A stretch of 6,046 nt of DNA from a virus, in the IMG/VR virus record IMGVR_UViG_3300020041_000014, positions 1 to 6,046 of that record; one strand, 5' to 3'. Under the pieces are notes generated by a model. It had not been told where the DNA came from, made no database searches, and saw only the letters and a list, made by a program, of their open reading frames with translations. Positions 1 to 4,985 of this stretch are shown here, one piece after another; the first letter of the stretch is position 1; the number at the start of each line of letters is the position of its first letter. Position numbers and translations under genes: made by a program.

Positions 1-121
1 CTCAATACGAAAAGAATCTCCGAAGTTCTAATCCTATCGTTCGCAGTAATCCTGGCCCTCCTTCCTTTAAGATCTCGTTGTCTCTTAAAGATTTTCATGA
101 CAAGACCGTTATAAATCAAGC
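1..121. repeat. Terminal direct repeat, copy 1 (identical to 5926-6046). This is a circular-genome overlap, not a biological repeat.
   Basis: Base-by-base comparison shows 1-121 is identical to 5926-6046. The repeat runs to both window edges, so 121 nt is a minimum. The offset is 5925 nt (divisible by 3), so the reading frame is preserved across the junction. Confidence 0.97.
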
Positions 122-428
122 GAATGCTTCTGAGTTTCTTCCCGAGCAGGCCCGCATCGCCCTTCGCAATGCGAAGATTGACCCGTATGTTGAAATTACT
201 AAAGCTTTGGTTGGTGCGGCCGCCAGTATCGCCGGCGCAGGCATAATTCGTGGAGGCATGTCGCGTGCGTCTAAGACTATTTCTGCTGGAGGATCTTCGA
301 ATAGCTCTGCCGGAACTTCCCTCACGACTCGTTATGATTCGAGCGGAAACGTTGTTGGTTACGCGAAAACGGAGATGTCCCGTAGCGGTCATTCGAATTC
401 GTATAATAATACTCGTAGGACTCGTTAA
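1..428 (+). CDS. VP2: 3' portion of the VP2 minor capsid / DNA pilot gene, continuing 4986-6046 across the circular junction. It is in frame from nt 3, with stop TAA at 426-428.
   Basis: The frame (position = 0 mod 3) is open from nt 3 with no upstream stop. It is the same frame as the ORF starting at 4986 after subtracting 5925. The ORF-track entry 78-428 with a TTG start is a truncation artefact. The segment contains a Gly/Ala hydrophobic stretch ALVGAAASIAGAGII (204-248) and a Ser-rich tail. Confidence 0.8.
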   Translation, partial: QYEKNLRSSNPIVRSNPGPPSFKISLSLKDFHDKTVINQANASEFLPEQARIALRNAKIDPYVEITKALVGAAASIAGAGIIRGGMSRASKTISAGGSSNSSAGTSLTTRYDSSGNVVGYAKTEMSRSGHSNSYNNTRRTR

Positions 429-452
429 AGGTGCTGTTTTTTTTCGTTTTTT

Positions 453-482
453 TTTGAGTTTCCGTTTTTTGTTGTATATTTG
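453..482 (+). promoter_or_regulatory. Candidate Bacteroidota-type promoter: TTTG (453-456), an 18-nt spacer, then TATATTTG (475-482, matching TAnnTTTG).
   Basis: It lies in the T-rich spacer between the VP2 stop (428) and the ATG at 509. The motif and spacing match the known Bacteroides -33 TTTG / -7 TAnnTTTG consensus. The motif is short: other TAnnTTTG matches occur at 1441-1448 and 3744-3751, so support is weak. Confidence 0.35.
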
Positions 483-508
483 CGCTGTAAACCAATAACC
501 GCATTGCT

Positions 509-829
509 ATGAAAAAGGTAAAAAACAAGTCCAGAATCGACGATCTGTCGATCGATGTCATTGAGTACGCTTTCACCGAGTGGCTTGTCCGTCGAGGCGT
601 ATTTTCCGCCTTTAAAGCTAACTACGAGTTCGCTAACCCATCTCGTGAGAGCTTTCGTGATCGATTGCGCTCCCACATTCATCTCATCCTCGACTGCTCT
701 GCCTTGAGTTCTGAATTCCTCATCTCCACCGCTTTCCCGTTCATTCGGACGCCCGAAGGCTCTGATTTTTGGAAGAGGCAATCCGACGCTTGGGAGTGCT
801 TTTGTGCTAAACTTAAAGTACGATTTTAA
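509..829 (+). CDS. Hypothetical protein, 106 aa, mildly basic with a Lys-rich N-terminus (MKKVKNKSR). No family recognised.
   Basis: ATG-to-TAA ORF on the same strand as all core genes. Codon third positions are mostly pyrimidines, as in VP1/VP4. It fills most of the gap between VP2 and the next ORF. The motif FPFIRTPEGSDFWKRQSDAW is noted but I cannot assign it. Confidence 0.6.
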   Translation: MKKVKNKSRIDDLSIDVIEYAFTEWLVRRGVFSAFKANYEFANPSRESFRDRLRSHIHLILDCSALSSEFLISTAFPFIRTPEGSDFWKRQSDAWECFCAKLKVRF

Positions 830-840
830 ATTACATTACT

Positions 841-1164
841 ATGTCACAGATTCATGTTGTCATCCGCCGTGTTAGCCCGGCTCTCAAAATCGACCTCGTT
901 CAGGTAGGTCGTTTCAACGATCACCAGTTCGAACCTCTTCCTTTTAGCGCTATCGCTGATTTTCCTATCGCAGAGTTTCTGAGAAGTTCGTCCATCAGTG
1001 ATTCGCTTTACATCGATCACTCGGAAATTACTAATCTTATCGCTTCCTGCGGGGATCTTCCTTGTTTCAGTATCGAGTTCTTTGATAATACGATCGTTCT
1101 TGTATTTGAATCTAATCTTAACGACGATGAAAGCGCGACGAAAGAAGAAGGGAAAGGGAACTAA
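841..1164 (+). CDS. Hypothetical acidic protein, 107 aa (about 17 D/E vs 7 K/R). It sits between VP2 and VP4, where gokushoviruses carry the scaffold gene VP3.
   Basis: ATG at 841, 11 nt after the previous stop; TAA at 1162-1164. Codons end mostly in pyrimidines, and a terminator follows the ORF. No motif recognised. Confidence 0.6.
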   Translation: MSQIHVVIRRVSPALKIDLVQVGRFNDHQFEPLPFSAIADFPIAEFLRSSSISDSLYIDHSEITNLIASCGDLPCFSIEFFDNTIVLVFESNLNDDESATKEEGKGN

Positions 1165-1210
1165 AATTGTCACCCGCCCGCTTGGTGGAAGAGTTCTGTA
1201 GTTTATCGAC

Positions 1211-1246
1211 CCTGCGGGAGAAGATCTCCCGCGGGCTTTTTTTTTT
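1211..1246 (+). terminator. Rho-independent terminator: a GC-rich hairpin followed by T10.
   Basis: 1214-1221 (GCGGGAGA) pairs perfectly with 1225-1232 (TCTCCCGC) around a 3-nt loop. The stem can extend to 1211/1235 through a G-U pair and two C-G pairs. T10 follows directly at 1237-1246. It lies 47 nt after the stop of ORF 841-1164. Confidence 0.7.
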
Positions 1247-1270
1247 AATACAAGACAATATTTTAAGACT

Positions 1271-1471
1271 ATGGATTATTTTGATTTCAGACCTAAGTTT
1301 TCTCCTATTATCAATAGTACTCCTCTTCGCTACTCTATCGCCGCATACCGTGGCAAAAAGCGAGTTGTTATTGCTTGGTTCGCCGACGAGTCCGCTGCGA
1401 ATGATTATCTCGTTCGTTGTCGACGCACTAATCCCTATATTAAATTTGATTGTCTTCGAAGTTTTTTCTAA
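1271..1471 (+). CDS. Small basic hypothetical protein, 66 aa (about 12 K/R vs 6 D/E). Its stop overlaps the VP4 start (TAATG).
   Basis: ATG at 1271 and TAA at 1469-1471, sharing nt 1471 with the VP4 ATG (1471-1473). This arrangement is typical of translational coupling. No family recognised. Confidence 0.5.
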   Translation: MDYFDFRPKFSPIINSTPLRYSIAAYRGKKRVVIAWFADESAANDYLVRCRRTNPYIKFDCLRSFF

Positions 1472-2541
1472 TGGCCTGCTCTTCTCCTATATGGATACGC
1501 AATCGGCGTTATTTCGATAAAAAGAATCCTTGTCGCAACGGTTCTGACGTCGCTAAGTCTGCTTTAGCCCTCCGCCCCTGGGACATTGCGCGCCAGTGGC
1601 TTATGATACCTTGCGGAAGATGCGAAGATTGCCTGCGCCGCCAGCGCAATGATTGGTTCGTTCGCTTAGAGCGTGAGCTCGCTCGCTGTAAGGCCGAAAG
1701 TCAGCAGGCTATATTTATTACTATCACTATTGCTCCTAAATATTACAACGATGCGCTGCTCGATCCGTCTAAGTTTATTCGACGATGGAATGAGCGGATT
1801 CGCCACAAAATAGGTCATTCCTTTAAGCATGCTTTTTTCCAAGAGTTCGGCACTCATCCGGAAATAGGATCGGAGCCGCGTCTTCATTTCCACGGCTTTC
1901 TTTTCGGAACGAATTGCCTGTACAACGAGATTCGATCGGCCGTTGGCGACCTTGGTTTTGTATGGTTGGGAAAAGGAACTCATAAGCGTGCGCGATATGT
2001 CGTCAAATACGTTACTAAACAAATTCAGTTCAACCCCGAGGATGTCTCGGATAAATTCGTTACTTTAAATGGAAAATCTACACCTTTGGCTGTCCTCCTC
2101 CAGCATCGCCGTTATACGAGAAAATTCATATCTGCTGGCGTTGGTGACTATCTTGGCTATAAGCCTCGCCCTTCTGCCTCTACTTCGTCGTGGTCTTATT
2201 TTAGCATTTCAAATAATGTCAATTATAGCTACTCGATTCCTCGATACTATTTTCGGTATTTTAAACCGGAAGACGAAGTTATGCGTTCGATTACCTCTGC
2301 TGATAGCTATGCACGTTTTAGCAAGTCTTCTTTGGTTCGGCATATTGTGTCTTTGTGCGTTAAGAGGTTCGGCCTCGATTCCTCCGTATCCCGTAGAGAG
2401 ACATATACGTGGGAACAGAAGCAGATGATGCGCTTCGCCGCATCCTCTCGCGAGATGCCCGATCTTGATCCCCCTACCTGGCTGAATTTGGACATCCTCC
2501 GATTCTGGCAGGATCATTATAAACTTCAACTAATTACTTAA
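1471..2541 (+). CDS. VP4: Replication initiation protein: HUH rolling-circle endonuclease of the Microviridae VP4 / phiX174 gpA family, 356 aa.
   Basis: Motif 1 IFITITIAP (1711-1737). HUH motif HFHGFLF (1885-1905). Two-tyrosine catalytic motif YVVKYVTK (1996-2019), close to the phiX174 gpA YVAKYVNK. The N-terminal MACSSP plus PCGRCEDCLRRQRNDW Cys cluster is typical of microvirus Reps. I chose the ATG at 1471 over the ORF-track TTG at 1450 because family members start M-x-C-x-x-P. Confidence 0.93.
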   Translation: MACSSPIWIRNRRYFDKKNPCRNGSDVAKSALALRPWDIARQWLMIPCGRCEDCLRRQRNDWFVRLERELARCKAESQQAIFITITIAPKYYNDALLDPSKFIRRWNERIRHKIGHSFKHAFFQEFGTHPEIGSEPRLHFHGFLFGTNCLYNEIRSAVGDLGFVWLGKGTHKRARYVVKYVTKQIQFNPEDVSDKFVTLNGKSTPLAVLLQHRRYTRKFISAGVGDYLGYKPRPSASTSSWSYFSISNNVNYSYSIPRYYFRYFKPEDEVMRSITSADSYARFSKSSLVRHIVSLCVKRFGLDSSVSRRETYTWEQKQMMRFAASSREMPDLDPPTWLNLDILRFWQDHYKLQLIT

Positions 2542-2544
2542 TTT

Positions 2545-4350
2545 ATGGGAAAACAACCTTTTATTTCACATGCTGTTAACGGCTACTCTCGTTACGACGT
2601 TCCTGAGAGTAAAGCCTTTACGTGCACAGCGGGTATTTTATATCCCGTGCGAATTGATTTTATCAACGCTCGCGACCGTGTTTCCATCGAACAAGGCATC
2701 GACGTTCGTAGTAACCCTCTGGCCGTTCCGACATTCAACCCCTACACTATTAGACTTCATCGTTTTTGGGTGCCGCTTCAACTTTATCATCCTGAGATGA
2801 GGACGAATAGTAGCAAGTTTGATATGAATGACTTGAGTACGAATTGGATTTGCTCTACCATGACCGATACCGGCGCACTCAATTCTAACCGCTTTGGTGC
2901 ATCGTACATAAATTCCCTTTTTTCTTGGCTTCGCGTTGGGAATAAAAGTAATATAGGCGGGACTCCTTTGGTCTCTGTGGCGCTTCCGTCGAACGCTTCG
3001 ATGACGCAATGGTCTAACGCCGATACTTATTTGGCTTATTGGGATATAGTCCGAAATTATTACGGTTATTCGCAGTGGGGCCTCTATTCCTTCGCGTGGC
3101 CTATGGCGAATAGGCTTCTTTATTCTAATTCTTCGTTCGCTCTTGACGCCGATAATCCGACTGACTCGAGGTTTTTTACGCAATGTTACGGAAACCTTGA
3201 ATTTTTGGATGCATTTTTCGAGAGCCAATTTTATCCCTCGTCTGTTTCCTCCACCAATAATACGTTTAATCGTGGTAATCTTTTCTTCCAGATTATTTGT
3301 TCGGATTTAGATAGTATGGGTAGCACCGGAGATGGTTTTCCTGTTAACGCCACTTATCCGGGTTCCGGTCTGCTTGGAACTACCGGTATTAAATCCCAGA
3401 TTGATGCGACTACCGTAAATACCGCCAATTCTGCCTTGTCTTATTTTTTGGTCGCTCATCCTATGGCGGTCGTTCCCTCGAATCCTGATCGATTTAGTCG
3501 TCTCATTCCTGTAGGTTCGTCCTCCGCTGTTTCGATGTCTGGCGTTACCACTATCCCCCAGCTGGCCATTGCTTCGCGGCTTCAGGAATATAAAGACCTC
3601 CTCGGCGCTGGAGGCAATCGTTACAGCGACTGGCTGGAAACGTTTTTCGCGTCGAAGATTGAGCACGTCGATAGGCCGAAGCTTCTGTTTAGCGCCTCGC
3701 AGACCGTCAACGTGCAGGTTATCATGAATCAAGCTGGTGCCAATAATTTTGGATCCGAGGAAGGCTTTCCGGCTTTGGGCCAGCAGGGCGGCGCTATCGC
3801 CTTTAACGATCGCCTTGGTCGCCGACAGTCTTACTACTTCCGTGAACCTGGCTATATGATTGACATGTTGAGTATTCGACCTGTTTATTACTGGAGTTTT
3901 GTCAAGCCGGACTATCTTAACTACATGGGTCCTGACTATTTTAATCCTATTTATAATGACATTGGCTATCAGGATGTTCCTTCGGCTCGGATAGTTTTCA
4001 ACGGAAACGCGCGTGCTACATCCGCCTCCGAACCGTGCTTTAATGAGTTTCGATCGTCCTATGACGAGGTTCTTGGGCAACTCCAGGCTTACCCTATGCC
4101 GGAGGTTAATGGCGCGCCTAATACTCCTCTTTACGCTTATTGGGTGCAACAGCGCTCCGCTAAGCTCTCCGATGGCCCTGGTGATTTGCCTACGTCTCAT
4201 TACTACCCGATGCTTTTTGCCGATATGGCGCAGGTTAACTCTCCTTTTTCATCCAGGGTTGAGGACAATTTCTTTATAAATATGTCCTACTCGGTACAGA
4301 AGAAGAACCTTATTAACAAAACCTTTGCAACTCGTTTGTCTAATCGTTAA
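2545..4350 (+). CDS. VP1: Major capsid protein, Microviridae VP1 / phiX174 F family, 601 aa.
   Basis: The N-terminal block TAGILYPV...ARDRVSIEQGIDVRSNPLAVPTF.NPYTIRLHRFWVPLQLY aligns by eye with phiX174 F (GQIGRLITI...AGDSFEMDAVGALRLSPLRRGL..STVDIFTFYVPHRHVY). It is the largest ORF and starts 3 nt after the Rep stop. Size fits non-Bullavirinae VP1. Confidence 0.93.
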   Translation: MGKQPFISHAVNGYSRYDVPESKAFTCTAGILYPVRIDFINARDRVSIEQGIDVRSNPLAVPTFNPYTIRLHRFWVPLQLYHPEMRTNSSKFDMNDLSTNWICSTMTDTGALNSNRFGASYINSLFSWLRVGNKSNIGGTPLVSVALPSNASMTQWSNADTYLAYWDIVRNYYGYSQWGLYSFAWPMANRLLYSNSSFALDADNPTDSRFFTQCYGNLEFLDAFFESQFYPSSVSSTNNTFNRGNLFFQIICSDLDSMGSTGDGFPVNATYPGSGLLGTTGIKSQIDATTVNTANSALSYFLVAHPMAVVPSNPDRFSRLIPVGSSSAVSMSGVTTIPQLAIASRLQEYKDLLGAGGNRYSDWLETFFASKIEHVDRPKLLFSASQTVNVQVIMNQAGANNFGSEEGFPALGQQGGAIAFNDRLGRRQSYYFREPGYMIDMLSIRPVYYWSFVKPDYLNYMGPDYFNPIYNDIGYQDVPSARIVFNGNARATSASEPCFNEFRSSYDEVLGQLQAYPMPEVNGAPNTPLYAYWVQQRSAKLSDGPGDLPTSHYYPMLFADMAQVNSPFSSRVEDNFFINMSYSVQKKNLINKTFATRLSNR

Positions 4351-4362
4351 ACTCTTGATACT

Positions 4363-4659
4363 ATGCCACTTGATTGGTTACTTGAGGATGCTCCCGCGTA
4401 TATTTCGCGTGGCCAGCGTATTTTATCCGTTCTCGATGGTTCGGGTTCCGTCGACGTTCTTCCTGGTCGCCCCGACGTTGAGGCTTCTTCGTCTGATTTT
4501 GATAAGGGCGAAAAGTTTAACCCTGAAATCGATTTCGACCCTAATTCTTACTCTCGTATGGACAAGTTCGATGGCCTCGAGGTCGGTCAGGAACTCATTG
4601 ATTTAGAGCTGGATAGGTCGAGACCTACCTCTGATCCCTCTAATCCTGAAGAAAAATAG
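4363..4659 (+). CDS. Highly acidic hypothetical protein, 98 aa (about 23 D/E vs 10 K/R). Candidate scaffolding-like or DNA-mimic protein.
   Basis: ATG at 4363, 12 nt after the VP1 stop; TAG at 4657-4659. Same strand as the core genes. No family recognised. Confidence 0.55.
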   Translation: MPLDWLLEDAPAYISRGQRILSVLDGSGSVDVLPGRPDVEASSSDFDKGEKFNPEIDFDPNSYSRMDKFDGLEVGQELIDLELDRSRPTSDPSNPEEK

Positions 4660-4689
4660 CTCTTTCTTTACTTGACGATATATGTTACG

Positions 4690-4767
4690 TGCGCGGACCC
4701 CTTTTGCAAGAGTTCGTGAATTGCTAAAGGTTATTGGTAACGACTGCAGGAGAGGCCGCGCATTTTT
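4690..4767 (+). other. Nested stem-loop element in the spacer upstream of the lipoprotein ORF, followed by T5.
   Basis: Outer stem: 4690-4696 (TGCGCGG) pairs with 4756-4762 (CCGCGCA), and 4698-4699 (CC) with 4754-4755 (GG), with A4697 bulged. Inner hairpin: 4700-4709 (CCTTTTGCAA) pairs with 4721-4730 (TTGCTAAAGG), giving 9 of 10 pairs around an 11-nt loop. TTTTT follows at 4763-4767. Pairing was worked out by hand; no energy was computed. Confidence 0.35.
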
Positions 4768-4792
4768 CTATCGTTCTTTAATTCCTACTCCT

Positions 4793-4984
4793 ATGTCTGA
4801 TACTAAACAACCCTTTTATAAGTCAAAAGCTTTTTGGACGCTTGTTTCGTCCATCATTGCCGCATTGGCTACCTTCTTTCTCGCCTCGTGTTCGGCACAA
4901 GCCAGGATGCAGCGTAGCGGTGTTCATATCGATACTGTGCGTGTTGATTATATCATTCGTTCTAACAATTTAACTCGTATATAA
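4793..4984 (+). CDS. Small predicted lipoprotein, 63-aa precursor and about 31-aa mature peptide. The alternative upstream ATG at 4682 would give 100 aa.
   Basis: MSDTKQPFYKSKAFW (Lys-rich n-region), TLVSSIIAALATFF (h-region), then lipobox L-A-S-C with the Cys codon TGT at 4889-4891. The mature part is CSAQARMQRSGVHIDTVRVDYIIRSNNLTRI. Stop TAA is at 4982-4984, 1 nt before the VP2 ATG. The start at 4793 is favoured because 4682-4792 overlaps the structured element and would bury the signal peptide behind 37 basic residues. Confidence 0.55.
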   Translation: MSDTKQPFYKSKAFWTLVSSIIAALATFFLASCSAQARMQRSGVHIDTVRVDYIIRSNNLTRI

Positions 4985-4985
4985 T

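Noticed and set aside
1-121. The terminal repeat, considered as a biological LTR/DTR or an att duplication of an integrated element.
   Set aside because: It is an exact overlap ending at both window edges and lies inside the VP2 coding frame. This is the signature of a circular contig written linearly. There is no integrase or flanking host sequence.
78-428. ORF-track entry of 116 aa with a TTG start, taken as an independent gene.
   Set aside because: The frame is open upstream to nt 3 and is continuous with 4986-6046 through the circular junction. It is the C-terminus of VP2.
429-470. T8/T9/T6 runs right after the VP2 stop, considered as an intrinsic terminator.
   Set aside because: I could find no stable GC-rich hairpin immediately upstream of the T runs. 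The region is better treated as a T-rich spacer or promoter region.
425-1173. Minus-strand ORFs 425-781 (118 aa) and 844-1173 (109 aa) mirroring the + strand ORFans.
   Set aside because: The + strand versions have ATG starts and pyrimidine-ending codons like the core genes. They also sit between + strand promoter-like and terminator signals. There is no precedent for antisense genes in this family.
1167-1520. 117-aa TTG-start ORF spanning the terminator, ORF 1271-1471 and the VP4 start.
   Set aside because: It has a non-ATG start, reads straight through the hairpin and T10 terminator, and overlaps two better-supported genes. Its Leu/Phe/Ser-rich composition is typical of off-frame translation.
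2069-2428. 119-aa hydrophobic +1-frame ORF embedded in VP4, considered as a phiX174 E/K/B-style overprinted membrane or lysis gene. Similar cases are 2570-2800, 4013-4279, 4325-4606, 250-498 and 998-1201.
   Set aside because: This frame places the T-rich third codon position of the host gene at its own second position. That automatically yields Leu/Ile/Phe/Val-rich pseudo-TM sequence. About one open frame of this length is expected by chance in 6 kb. It would need conservation or ribosome-profiling evidence before being taken seriously.
3307-4200. Long minus-strand ORFs antisense to VP1 (3307-4200, 297 aa; 2638-3228, 196 aa) and to VP2 (5163-5534, 123 aa).
   Set aside because: Their products are extremely Arg/Ile/Ser-rich and low in complexity. 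They lie entirely antisense to well-supported genes. Microviridae express genes from one strand only. Pyrimidine-ending sense codons naturally deplete stops on the opposite strand.
4672-4700. TTGACG hexamer (4672-4677), considered as a sigma70 -35 box.
   Set aside because: There is no acceptable -10 hexamer at 16-19 nt spacing; the downstream sequence is GC-rich (gtgcgcggacc).
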